This document shows, piece after piece, positions 37,783 to 47,479 of a stretch of 64,000 bases of DNA. The translations under genes and the position numbers were made by a program. The DNA comes from Polyangiaceae bacterium. GTDB lineage: Bacteria > Myxococcota_A > Polyangia > Polyangiales > Polyangiaceae. The DNA lies in assembly GCA_035063585.1 (NCBI GenBank), contig JAPSGB010000003.1, positions 288,001-352,000 on the forward strand, in the 5' to 3' direction. Every line of letters starts with the position of its first letter. Position 1 is the stretch's first letter. The notes under the pieces were generated by a model. It was not told the origin of the DNA. It saw only the letters and a list, made by a program, of their open reading frames with translations, and did not search any database.

Positions 37783-38255
37783 GAGGCCCTCGACTTGCGC
37801 GCGTGACGCGCCGGTTCCGCCGGCCGCATCGAGCGCAGGAAGCCGGCGAGATCGCGCCTCGCGTCGAAGCGAGTGAGCGAGGTGCCGATGCGCGCGCCGT
37901 GCGCGTCGGTGAGCTCCGCGGGTAGCGTGGTGAGCCCGTGGAGCGGGCGCATCAGCCCGAGCGTCTTCTCGCCGAGGTAGCGGTAGGGCTTGCCGTCCGC
38001 GCCCGTGAACTCGAGCCGGTAAGCGATGCGCCGGCGCAAGAGCTGGACCTCGAGGGTGCCCTTGACCGGGACGTTCTCCGCGAGCCCCTCGGCGAAGAAG
38101 GACCCGTCGAGCTGCATCACGCCGCCCTTCACGTACGCGGCCGCGTCGGTCGCGTCTGCGTCGACGGAAAACCAGCACACGCGGCGACCGCTGCCGTCGG
38201 TCGGGGTCCAGGTGCCGCGCATCGTCTCACTGAAGCCGTGGAGTCCTATCGCCAT
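37779..38255 (-). CDS. Hypothetical beta-rich protein coupled to the GMC oxidoreductase
   Basis: AGGAGGGAGG RBS; FSETMRG...YRLEFTGADGKPYRYLGEK...TTLP; stop overlaps the GMC start. Confidence 0.8.
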   Translation of the reverse strand: MAIGLHGFSETMRGTWTPTDGSGRRVCWFSVDADATDAAAYVKGGVMQLDGSFFAEGLAENVPVKGTLEVQLLRRRIAYRLEFTGADGKPYRYLGEKTLGLMRPLHGLTTLPAELTDAHGARIGTSLTRFDARRDLAGFLRSMRPAEPARHARKSRAS

Positions 38256-38270
38256 GCTCGCCTCCCTCCT

Positions 38271-39059
38271 TCAACTCACCCTGCCGCGCCGCCCGCGAGC
38301 CGCTCGCAGGAGCCCGCGCTGGCCCGCGGCGTGCTCGCGCTCGGCGTGGAGCCGCGCCGACTTCGAGAGCCGGCGCCCGTTCTCCTTCAAGTACTCGAGC
38401 GTCGCGCGCTCGGCCTCGTCCGGCGCGCCGTCTCGCACCGCCGAGAGGACCCGCTCGAGCGACTCGCGGATGAACGCGCGATCGTCGAAGGCGCCCTCGA
38501 ACACGTGCGCGCGCGCGCGGTAGATCGAGTACATCGAGTTCGCGGCGAGCGAGAAGATGCGGTTGCCGGTCGCGCGCACCAGGGCGCGGAAGAACTCGAG
38601 CTCGAGCCGCTGGGCGTCTGCCGCGCTCATGGGCTCGCGCCCGAGCTCGTCGAGCGGCGCGGCGAGCGCGGCGAGCGCGGCGCTCGAGCGGCGCTCGGCG
38701 GCGCGGCGAGCGAACAGGCCTCCGAGCAGGGTGCGCGCTTCGATGAGGTCGTCCAGCATGGCCGCGTCGATGCCGTCGGCGCGAAACACGAGGTGCGCGA
38801 CCAGCTCCATCCCGGCCGACTCGGCGGGATCGAGCACGACCGAGCCGATGCCGTGGCGGATGGCGATGAGCCCGAGCTGCTCGAGGCGCATGAGCGCGTG
38901 CTTCAGCGAGGTGCGGTTGACGCGCAGGGCGTCGGCGAGCTCACGCTCGGGCGGGAGCGTCGCGCCCTTCGCGTAGCGGCCGTCCAAGATCTCCTCGCGG
39001 AGCTTGGTGGTCAGCAGGTCGACCAGAGTCCTTTTCTCGAGCGGTTCGAGGTCGTCCAA
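38271..39059 (-). CDS. GntR family (FadR subfamily) regulator
   Basis: wHTH LPPERELADALRVNRTSLKHAL; FCD-like ATGNR; TTG start after GGGAGG. Confidence 0.92.
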   Translation of the reverse strand: MDDLEPLEKRTLVDLLTTKLREEILDGRYAKGATLPPERELADALRVNRTSLKHALMRLEQLGLIAIRHGIGSVVLDPAESAGMELVAHLVFRADGIDAAMLDDLIEARTLLGGLFARRAAERRSSAALAALAAPLDELGREPMSAADAQRLELEFFRALVRATGNRIFSLAANSMYSIYRARAHVFEGAFDDRAFIRESLERVLSAVRDGAPDEAERATLEYLKENGRRLSKSARLHAEREHAAGQRGLLRAARGRRGRVS

Positions 39060-39096
39060 GAGGCCCTCCCGGCGACATGTGGTCACCGAGTGAATG

Positions 39097-39111
39097 AGTG
39101 GCTCAGCCACT
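39097..39111. promoter_or_regulatory. Palindromic operator AGTGGCT-C-AGCCACT, likely the FadR/GntR site
   Basis: Perfect 7-1-7 palindrome plus an extra AGCCAC half-site (39113-39118), downstream of a minus-strand TTGACA (39132-39137). Confidence 0.65.
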
Positions 39112-39214
39112 AAGCCACGCACCGCCGAGCCTGTCAAGCCGGGCGGGGTCCGGCCGCCGCCGCGGCTCTGCTAGGCTTCGCTCGCTGGCCCCCCCGAACC
39201 CGGAGACAGAGCCC

Positions 39215-40297
39215 GTGTCAGACCGCTCGCGCGATTGGTCCCGCCGTCATTTCCTCGGGAGCGCCGCGGCGCTCGCCGGCGCCGCCTCCTTCACGGGCGA
39301 GCTCCTCACGGCCGGGGCGGCGCATGGCGCCGAGGGATCGCTGGTCGCCGCGCCGCCCCCCGGCTTCACGCCGCTCTCGAAGCCGGGCCGGATCGTCCAG
39401 GTGACCAAGGGGGACGATCTCGCCGCGCTCATGCAGCAGAACCAGCTCTGGCCGAAGCCGGAGATCGCGCGCGCCATGCTCGAGAAGGCGCTCACGGCCT
39501 TCACCGGCGCGGGCAACCTGGAGAGCGCGCTCGGCCGCTTCATCCACGCGGACGACGTGGTCGCCGTGAAGCTGAACGGCATCGCCGGTCAGTCCGGCGC
39601 GACCATGGCCGTCAACTTCGAGCTCGTGCTGCCGCTGGTGGAGGGGCTCCTCGCGCTCGGGGTCCCCGCCGGCAAGATCACCATATACGAACAATTTGGT
39701 TCATATATGAACGGGACCCGGACCAAAGCGAGCAAGCTCCCGAAGGGCGTGAAGCTCGGCATCCACGGCAACGCCGACGCCACCATGCGCGGCGTCCAGG
39801 TGTGCAAGGGGATCGAGACGAAGTACGTTCGGTTTCTCACCGAAGCGACCGCCGTCATCAACATGACGCAGATGAAGGATCACTCCATCTGCGGGTACAC
39901 AGGCTGCCTCAAGAACGTGACCCACGGGTCCATCACCAACCCCTCGAAGCACCACGCGCACCGCGCCTCGCCGCAGATCGCCGAGCTATACGCCCACGAC
40001 ATCGTGCGGAGCCGCGTGCGCCTCCACATCACCGACGCCTTCAAGATCATCTACGACCAGGGCCCGCTCGACAAGAACCCGGCCCGGCGCATCCTGCACG
40101 GCGCGGTGTACGTCTCGACCGATCCGGTGGCGATGGACGTCTACGGGTGGGGCGTCATCGATCGGGCGCGGCAGGAGAACGGCTTGAAGTCGCTGGCGGC
40201 CGCCGGGCGCGAGCCGAGCTACCTCCGCATCGCCGGTGAAAAGGGGCTCGGGGTGTTCGACCTGAACGCCATCAAGCTCACTCAAGTAAGCGCTTGA
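39215..40297 (+). CDS. Tat-exported DUF362 domain protein, paralog 1
   Basis: Twin-arginine SRRHFLG; motifs VAVKLN, KDHSICGYTGCLKN, STDPVAMD. Confidence 0.85.
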   Translation: MSDRSRDWSRRHFLGSAAALAGAASFTGELLTAGAAHGAEGSLVAAPPPGFTPLSKPGRIVQVTKGDDLAALMQQNQLWPKPEIARAMLEKALTAFTGAGNLESALGRFIHADDVVAVKLNGIAGQSGATMAVNFELVLPLVEGLLALGVPAGKITIYEQFGSYMNGTRTKASKLPKGVKLGIHGNADATMRGVQVCKGIETKYVRFLTEATAVINMTQMKDHSICGYTGCLKNVTHGSITNPSKHHAHRASPQIAELYAHDIVRSRVRLHITDAFKIIYDQGPLDKNPARRILHGAVYVSTDPVAMDVYGWGVIDRARQENGLKSLAAAGREPSYLRIAGEKGLGVFDLNAIKLTQVSA

Positions 40298-40470
40298 GTG
40301 TCGCGCTCGACGCGCGAGGTGACGCTCGTCATGTCGAGACGTGATCGCGCATCAAGTCCGCGGCGCGCGCCGGCTCCGCGCCGTCGATTTCACGGCACGT
40401 GAGCGGTGCGGCCGCGCGCGCGCCTGCTAGGGTGAGCGGGTCGTCGATTTCGCGACCCGGAGGTGTCCCC

Positions 40471-41565
40471 ATGTCGGAGCGCTCGGGCGACTGCTCACGC
40501 CGCCATTTCCTCGGCAGCGCCGCCGCGCTGGCCGGTTCCGCGACGCTCACCGGCTCGCTCCTGTCGAGCGCCGCCGGCGCCGAGGAGGCGAGCCTCGTCG
40601 CGCACCCGCCCGACGGCTTCACGCCGCTCGCCCGCCGCGGCTACGTCGTGAAGGTGACGATGGGAGACGACCTTACCGCGATCATGCAACCGAACCAGCT
40701 CTGGCCGAGGCCGGAGGTCGCGCGGAAGATGGTCGAGAAGGCGCTCACCGAGCTCACCGGCGAGCACGATCTGCCGAGCGCGCTCGGCCGCTTCGTCCAC
40801 AAGGACGACGTCGTCGCCGTGAAGGTGAACGGCATCGCCGGCCAATCGGGCCGGACCATGGCGACCAACCTCGAGACGCTGCTGCCGATCGTCGAGGGGC
40901 TCGTCGCGCTCGGCGTGCCGGCGGACGCGATCACCCTCTATGAGCAGTTCGGCGCGCACATGCTGGGTACCCGCGTCACCAAGAGCAACCTGCCGAAGGG
41001 CGTGAAGCTCGGCATCCACGGCAACGTCGACGCGCGCATGCGCCCCATCGAGATCCGGAGAGGGATAAAGACGAAATTCGTGCGGTTCTTGACCGAAGCG
41101 ACCGCGGTCATCAACGTGGCGCTGCTGAAGGACCACTCCATCACCGGGTACACCGGCTGCATCAAGAACATCGCGCAGGGGTCGATCACGACCCCGGCCG
41201 AGCATCACTTCAACCACGGCTCGCCGCAGATCGCCGACACCTTCGCGCACCCTATCGTCCAGAGTCGCATGCGCCTGCACCTCACCGACGGCTTCAAGAT
41301 GATCTACGACGAGGGCCCGCTCGACAAGAACCCGCGCCGCCGGATCCTCCACGGCGCCATCTACGCGAGCACGGACGCGGTCGCCATGGACATGCTCGGC
41401 TGGAGCCTCGTCGAGAAGGCGCGCGCCGCCAACGGCCTCCCGACGCTCGCCGAGCGCGGGCGCGAGCCGAAGTACCTGAAGGACGCCGCCGCGCTCGAGC
41501 TCGGCGAAGGGGATCTCGACCGCGTGACCGTGAAGGAAGTGAGCGCCGAGCTCGACACCGACTGA
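40471..41565 (+). CDS. Tat-exported DUF362 domain protein, paralog 2
   Basis: SRRHFLG; motifs VAVKVN, KDHSITGYTGCIKN, STDAVAMD; GGAGG RBS; colinear with paralog 1. Confidence 0.85.
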   Translation: MSERSGDCSRRHFLGSAAALAGSATLTGSLLSSAAGAEEASLVAHPPDGFTPLARRGYVVKVTMGDDLTAIMQPNQLWPRPEVARKMVEKALTELTGEHDLPSALGRFVHKDDVVAVKVNGIAGQSGRTMATNLETLLPIVEGLVALGVPADAITLYEQFGAHMLGTRVTKSNLPKGVKLGIHGNVDARMRPIEIRRGIKTKFVRFLTEATAVINVALLKDHSITGYTGCIKNIAQGSITTPAEHHFNHGSPQIADTFAHPIVQSRMRLHLTDGFKMIYDEGPLDKNPRRRILHGAIYASTDAVAMDMLGWSLVEKARAANGLPTLAERGREPKYLKDAAALELGEGDLDRVTVKEVSAELDTD

Positions 41566-41862
41566 CGTCGCGCACCCGACCCGGGGGGGGCGCGTAGGCC
41601 GCGATCGAATACGATCGGCAAGTTCGTCCGAATCAGAACTCGAGGCTCGAGACCACTCTGCTGATGACCGCGGCACACGTACTTTCCGGTGCCTACGATG
41701 CGGTCATTCACGTGTTCGTCTTCCACGACGCTCATTCGCGCGGCGCCAACACGTACGACGTGGAGAGCGCCGTGGGCCGCGTCGAGCACCGGTACACCCG
41801 AACCTTGCTCGAGGCCCTGGAGAAGCAGGGCGTGCTTCTTGCGCCGGTGTTCGGCCGGGGCG

Positions 41863-43488
41863 TTAGAGCGCGTCAACATACGAGCCCAACCGCACGTCCG
41901 CTGCGATCGCGCGCTCCGTCGCTACCACGACGGAGCCCACCGTCGCGCGCGTCAGCGCCACGTGCATCCTCACGTCGTACCGGCTCTTCCCGCGTTCAAG
42001 CTCCGTCACGATGACCCACGGCCGTTCGAGCCCCTTGAAGCGCAGGAACGTGTCCGCGACGACGTTCTCTGTCGCGCGCGGGTCGTCGGCGCGCACGACC
42101 GACACGGCGCCGATGCGGTCGCCGGCGCAGATGGCCGTGCGATCGCGGCCCGCGAGCGACAGCACGGCGATGTCCGCTGGGCGCACGCCGTCGTCGAGGG
42201 CGCGCTTCACCGCGGCGGCGACCGCGGCTTCGAGCTCCGACTCGTCCGCGACGCTCGCGATCGTGAGCTCAGCGATCGCATTCGCATCGCGTGCCTCGGC
42301 GCCTTCACGATACTGGTCCGCGAAGCGCGCGAGCGCCTCGGGGCAGCGGTAGCGCGCCGTGAGCTTGAACGAGGCCGGAAAGAGCTCGCGCGGAAATGGT
42401 CGGTCGCTCCAGAACGTCTGGCCGTCGTCCATGAACGCCCAGAGCGGTCGATCCGCCGCGAGGGCGCGCACGAACGTCCAGTCCGCTTCGGCGAGATCCT
42501 GCGCCTCGTCCACGATCACCGCATCGACGCGGTTCCGCGCCGGACCGACAATCGAAGTCTCCGAAGCTCGCTCCGGGATGCCGTCCCACGTCTCGGCGGT
42601 CCAGCTCGTACGCGGAGCAGGATCACCAGAGCCGGCCAGGTCGAGGAGATCGGCGGCGAGCTCCCGCACGGTCCATGCGTTGGCGAAACCGTCGCTGCGG
42701 AGCGCCGCTGCGAGCGCGCTGGTGTAGCAGAGCAGTACCGCACGACGGTTGCGCGCGGCGAAGCGCGCGCACAGGTCGCGTGCGAGCAGCGTCTTGCCGG
42801 TGCCGGGGCCGCCGGTGACGAGCAGGCGATCGTTGGTCTCGACGCAGTCCAGGAGCGCGACCTGGTCGGCGTCGAGCGGGACGAGCTCGTCCGCGCGCAG
42901 GCGCACGCGATCGCCGAGCGCGAGGCGCGGCGTCCACGTGTCGCCCCACATCGCGTGGAGCGCGTCGACCCACGGCGCGTCGGGTGGCGCGCGTTTGCCC
43001 GCGAGCAGGCGGTCCGCCATCTCGCGCAGCGCCTCGCCGATGTACGGCAGATCCTGCTGGCCGATGACGGCGCCGTCGAGATCGCCGTGCGTCGGCGGGG
43101 CGCTGAACGGCGTGTCGGGGAACGCGACCGCGACCGCGAGGTACGGAGCGCGCGGGATCCCGCGTTCGCCGAGCTTCTTCAAGAGCGTCTTCTGGAAGCC
43201 GAGCGCCTGCGTGCGTGGCGGCTTGTCGAGCTGCTTGCCGTTCTGCAGCCACTGGCCGTCGCGCACCTCGATCGCCCCGCCCTTGACCTCGAGGAGGACG
43301 ACGCCCCGATCGGGGATCGCGATGACGAAGTCGCCTTCGCCCTCGAACCCGCGACCCGTGCGGACGCGCAGCGAGTGCCACGCCGTCCAGCCGTCGGGAA
43401 GGCCGCGCGCGATGGCTTCGTGGAGCTTCTGCTCGGCGCGGCTCGTGGTGGGGCGCGGCCCGCCGCGGGGGAAGAGGCCGGTGGGCAC
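41863..43488 (-). CDS. NERD nuclease fused to an SF1 (UvrD-like) helicase
   Basis: NERD EGDFVI..GVVLLEVKGG; Walker A GGPGTGKT; Walker B IVDEAQD; YRCP, FKGLE, HVALTRA. Confidence 0.9.
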   Translation of the reverse strand: MPTGLFPRGGPRPTTSRAEQKLHEAIARGLPDGWTAWHSLRVRTGRGFEGEGDFVIAIPDRGVVLLEVKGGAIEVRDGQWLQNGKQLDKPPRTQALGFQKTLLKKLGERGIPRAPYLAVAVAFPDTPFSAPPTHGDLDGAVIGQQDLPYIGEALREMADRLLAGKRAPPDAPWVDALHAMWGDTWTPRLALGDRVRLRADELVPLDADQVALLDCVETNDRLLVTGGPGTGKTLLARDLCARFAARNRRAVLLCYTSALAAALRSDGFANAWTVRELAADLLDLAGSGDPAPRTSWTAETWDGIPERASETSIVGPARNRVDAVIVDEAQDLAEADWTFVRALAADRPLWAFMDDGQTFWSDRPFPRELFPASFKLTARYRCPEALARFADQYREGAEARDANAIAELTIASVADESELEAAVAAAVKRALDDGVRPADIAVLSLAGRDRTAICAGDRIGAVSVVRADDPRATENVVADTFLRFKGLERPWVIVTELERGKSRYDVRMHVALTRATVGSVVVATERAIAADVRLGSYVDAL

Positions 43489-43500
43489 GGTGGGAGACTA

Positions 43501-44574
43501 TCACTTCGGGCCTTGGCGCTTGCGGCGTCGTTGCTCCTGGCGCTGTCGCCATTCGGCGAGCGCGGCGTCGTACCAGGCGAACACCGCACGCTTGGTCTCG
43601 GGCGACACGGGCGCGTTCCGCACGCCCCTGAGCTGGACGAGGCGCGGCCGGTTGCCGGTCGGCTCGAGCTCCAGCGTAGCGCGCTCGGGGGCCAGCACGC
43701 GATAGAGGTACGCCTGCCCCGTTCGTGCGTCGTGGTGGTAGGCCTCGCAGCAGTGTTGCATCACGCGGCCCTCGTGGGCGAGCAGCGCGGCCGTCCGGAG
43801 CGGGACGATCTCCTTCGTCCCGCGCAGCGGGGGAGGCGGGTGTCTCTGGTCGCGCGGAAGCGGCTCGTTCCTCTCGAGAAGCCGATCCGCCAGCTCGTCG
43901 TGCAGTCGGCGCAGGCCTCCGATCCGTTGGAGCGCGCGCAGCTGCGCGTCGATGTCGTCGATCTTCGAGGTGGCCGCCAGCCTGCAGACGTCCTGATGCA
44001 GCTGGAGCACGTCACGCGTCTCCGCCGAGTCGCGCAGCCGCTTACCGGCGAGCTTGCGGGTCGCAGCCACGTAGAACGGGTACTCGAGGAGCTCGCGGTT
44101 ACGGCTCTCGTACTGCTCGCGTATGCGATCGGGCTCTTTGGGCCGTGCCGCACGCTCGCGCAAGGTCCGGAGCTCGGCGCTGGTGAAGCGCGCCACCCGG
44201 TATTCCTTCACCGCCTTCACCGCGGCCTTCGAACCATCGCCCCCGCACCACTCCACCACGTAGCGCCGCTTCCGCTGGAGGATCGCGGCTAGCTCCTCCC
44301 ACGGTGCCTTGCGCTCCGCGGCGACCACGGCCGCGAGCCACAGCAAGTTCTCGCCACCTCCCCGCAGGTCGAGCGCTGCGGGACCGTGCCGGACGAGGCG
44401 GAGCAAGGAGAGTCGTTCGCGGTCCATCCGTCGCACGAGGTCGAGCAGCGCCGCGGGGACCGGTTCGGACCAGCGCGTGACCGGACTCGTCGGCTCGAGG
44501 CCACCCAGCTGGTTGAGAAGCGCCAGCACGGGAGCGTCGTCGAGGGTCGCGGTGCTGTGCCCGACGACGCGCAA
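43501..44574 (-). CDS. PcfJ-like domain protein
   Basis: C-terminal LHDEL...LAHEGRVMQHCCEAY...ERATLEL...QLRGVRN typical of PcfJ-like proteins; start uncertain (TTG 44574 after GGAG chosen; the ORF is open to 44862). Confidence 0.75.
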   Translation of the reverse strand: MRVVGHSTATLDDAPVLALLNQLGGLEPTSPVTRWSEPVPAALLDLVRRMDRERLSLLRLVRHGPAALDLRGGGENLLWLAAVVAAERKAPWEELAAILQRKRRYVVEWCGGDGSKAAVKAVKEYRVARFTSAELRTLRERAARPKEPDRIREQYESRNRELLEYPFYVAATRKLAGKRLRDSAETRDVLQLHQDVCRLAATSKIDDIDAQLRALQRIGGLRRLHDELADRLLERNEPLPRDQRHPPPPLRGTKEIVPLRTAALLAHEGRVMQHCCEAYHHDARTGQAYLYRVLAPERATLELEPTGNRPRLVQLRGVRNAPVSPETKRAVFAWYDAALAEWRQRQEQRRRKRQGPK

Positions 44575-44814
44575 TCGCTCTCCACCGCGGCGTCGAGCTG
44601 GGGTCCAAGGACGCCGAAGGCGTCGCGCGTAGCGCGCTCGCCCTGGACGCCGGCGAGCGACGCGGTACCGGGCACTACGCGCGATGACTACCCCATTTCC
44701 CGCGTCCGCAAGTGTCTTGCCAAGACCGGGACAGTGCAGGGTCCGTGCCGCCCGGCATGGCTTGACAACGTCGCTCGCGACCGCGCACGCTCGATCACGA
44801 CGTCGGAGGGGGCC

Positions 44815-46270
44815 ATGCCTGAACGCACGCACGCACGCACGCGAGCTGTCGCTGGGGGTCATAGCGGTGGTCGTGGGGGCGCTCCTCGCGTGTGACGGCG
44901 GGCGCGGTGAACGTCGCTCGGTGACGCCGCCGGACGCGCCAGCGCGGTCCGCGTCGCCAGCGGTACGAGGCCGCCAGGCGCTCGGTGTCTACGACGCGAC
45001 GCCCGCGGGTTCGCGCGCGCTCTCCGGACCGACGCGTGCCGTGGTGCGCGCGAGGTTCGGTGCAAGCGCCGCGCTCTTGGGTCCACCCGTGCTTGGTCCG
45101 CACGGCGAGCTCATCGCCGGGAGCGCAGCAGGCCGCGCCGTCGTGCTCCTCGAAAGGGCGAGCCACACCGGCGCGCCACGAGCACCACGGCTCGGCCCGG
45201 ACGCCCGCTCGCCAGCGGTACTCGGCGACGGCACGATCCTGTGGGCGACCTCGCACGAGCTGGTCGCGCTGCGCGAAGAGCGCGTGCTGTGGACGCTCGC
45301 GGCGACCGCTCCCATCACCACCCCGCCGGTGGTGCTGGGCAGCGGCGGCGTCGCGGTGGGAGACCGAGCGGGCGGAGTCCTGGCCGTGGACAGGGCGGGC
45401 GCGGTGCTCTGGCGAGCGACGCTGCACGAAGCGATCACGGGGATCGCGCCGGCGCTCCTCGGCCGGTGGGTGATCATCACGACCCACGAGGGAAAGGTCG
45501 AAATGCTCGACGCTCGGCGCGGCACCGCGCGCTGGTCGCGGCGCCTGGGTGCCGAGAGCGCCGCGGCACCGATCGTCGCCGCGAGCGGCGCGATCTGGGT
45601 CGGCGCGGCCGATGGCCTGCACGCCTACTCGTTCGAGGGCGTGGAGCGCCCGGTCGCGCGGATCGGCGAGGTGGCGGCCTCCCCGGCGCTCGGGCGCCAC
45701 GGCAGCGCGATCGCCGTGGCGGGAGCGGCGCTCCATGCGGTGGGGCCCGACGGCGTGATCCGCTGGCGGTTCGAGCTCGGCGCCCGCGCGGCTGCCGCGC
45801 CGGCCACGGACGTGGCGGGGCGCGCGTACGTCGTCACGACGGACCGCCGCGTCCTCGCGATCCGCGACGCGGGGACTCGCGGCGTGCGCCTCTTCGAGGT
45901 CGAGCTCCACGACGCGCCGCTCGGCGCGCCGGTGGTGGGCCCGCGGGGCGCGCTGTACGTGGCCACCGCTCGGGGGGAGGTGCTGGAGCTCGGCGCGCCG
46001 CTGTCCGGGCTCGGTGAAGCGCTCGCGCCGGCGGGGTGCACCTGCGCGGTCGCGAGCTGCACGCCGCTCCTCGATCGGTGCGCGGCTGAGCCGGGCTGCG
46101 CGGCGATCGAGCGCTGCGCGCGCGCGCACCGGTGCCGCGGCGCGGCTTGCCGCCTGCCCGACGCGTGCGCCCCGGTGATCGAGCGATACGGTGGCGTACT
46201 GGGTCAGAGCGCCGTGGTCGCCGCGGGCACGGACCAGTGCGTGCGCCGCGCGTGCCGGAGCTGCACGTGA
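44815..46270 (+). CDS. PQQ/BamB-like beta-propeller lipoprotein with a Cys-rich tail; the best ATG is out of frame across an (ACGC)5 tract
   Basis: Repeated G.V.W propeller blades; LLAC lipobox; ATG 44815 with GGAGG RBS is one repeat unit out of frame. In-frame starts at 44684 and 44762 lack a clear RBS. Confidence 0.75.
44823..44842 (+). repeat. Tetranucleotide simple sequence repeat (ACGC)5
   Basis: Read directly: acgc acgc acgc acgc acgc. Confidence 0.95.
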
Positions 46271-46890
46271 CCAGCGCGTGCCGGCGCGCGGCGCTCTTCG
46301 TCGCCGTCGCAGCGGCGGCGTGCGGAGGCATGACGGAGGCCGAGCGCTCGGGCGCGGGCGGCGCGGACGCGAGCGTGGCGGGGCGCGCCGGCGCTGGCGC
46401 GACCGCGGGCACGGGGGGCGGCGCCGCGTCCGGCGGCGCGGGCGCGATGGGCGGTGCGGGCGGCAGTGGCGGGACAGGCGGCGCCGGTGGCGGCGGTGCG
46501 GGCGCGAGCGGCGCAAGCGGCGGTACGGGCGCGAGCGGCGGCACCGGTGGCGGCGACGCGGGCGGCACCTCCGCGTTTGGCGGCGCGGGTGGCGCCGCCA
46601 GCGACGGCGGTCGGCCCACGGGGTATCCGGACGGCGGAGGGCCGGTGTGGGGTACGACTCCTTGCTCCACCAACCCTTACTGGCCGGTGCCATGTCCCAA
46701 TGACGGGTGGTGCTTCGTTGGCCTGGTCCCAGGCTGTGTCGGCTGGAACTTCGGGACCTGTGCGGCGCGGCCGGTCGCGTGCCTCGACGTCTGTCCTGGC
46801 GTCTGCGGCTGCGACGAGAAGTTCTACTGCAACGACTGCCAGGCGAACGCCGCCGGCACCGGCGTCTTGAAGTATGGGCCATGTCCGTGA
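46267..46890 (+). CDS. Lipoprotein with a Gly-rich linker and a Kazal-like Cys-rich C-terminus
   Basis: GTGA overlap with the upstream stop; AAAC lipobox; CPGVCGCDEKFYCNDC. Confidence 0.78.
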   Translation: MTSACRRAALFVAVAAAACGGMTEAERSGAGGADASVAGRAGAGATAGTGGGAASGGAGAMGGAGGSGGTGGAGGGGAGASGASGGTGASGGTGGGDAGGTSAFGGAGGAASDGGRPTGYPDGGGPVWGTTPCSTNPYWPVPCPNDGWCFVGLVPGCVGWNFGTCAARPVACLDVCPGVCGCDEKFYCNDCQANAAGTGVLKYGPCP

Positions 46891-47061
46891 GCGGGCGAGA
46901 CCGCGCAGGGACCTCGAGTGCGCTCGCTCGCGCCCTTCGCTTGGGCGTGCTCCTGACGGTTGCGACGAGTGGTCAGCACCGATGAGGGGAGGCATGGGGG
47001 GCGGTCCGGCGCGGGACCGCGCCGGGCGTGACCGCGCGCCCCGCGCGCCCCGCCCGCTCGC

Positions 47062-47262
47062 TCAGTGTTGCGCGGTGCAGCGCAGGCACGGCGCGGGCTC
47101 GCCCGGCGCGCACTCCGCCTCGCCGCACACTCCGATGACGCCGTCGCGGAGCTGGCACCGCTCGTAGAGCTTCTCGCAGCGGGAGGGCGGCGCCGGGTGC
47201 TTTCCCTTCTCGCAGGCGGACACGGAGAACGCGAGAGCCAGCGCGAGGAGGAGATCTTTCAT
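47062..47262 (-). CDS. Small Cys-rich lipoprotein (66 aa)
   Basis: MKDLLLALALAFSVSAC followed by six further Cys. Confidence 0.75.
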   Translation of the reverse strand: MKDLLLALALAFSVSACEKGKHPAPPSRCEKLYERCQLRDGVIGVCGEAECAPGEPAPCLRCTAQH

Positions 47263-47479
47263 GACGCGGGGTCGTATGAGAGCTCTGGAGCGCGTCGACG
47301 AAGACTGCGGGTTCGCGCCGGACCGACCATCCAGGCTACCATTCGTTTGCGGAGGAGCGAAGCTTCGTCGGCAGCGCGCGCTCCGCCAGCGCGGCTACCA
47401 CGAGGCGAGGGTGTCGATTTGCTCGGTCGAATTGCGGCTCGAGCGGGCTCGGATTTACGCCGCGAAGTCCAAGCAGTAC

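Noticed and set aside
41583..41590. G8 homopolymer as a phase-variation tract
   Set aside because: Intergenic, downstream of a stop codon, with no linked promoter or ORF start
44714..44726. Palindrome GTCTTG-C-CAAGAC between divergent genes
   Set aside because: Single short copy with no candidate regulator nearby; cannot be distinguished from chance
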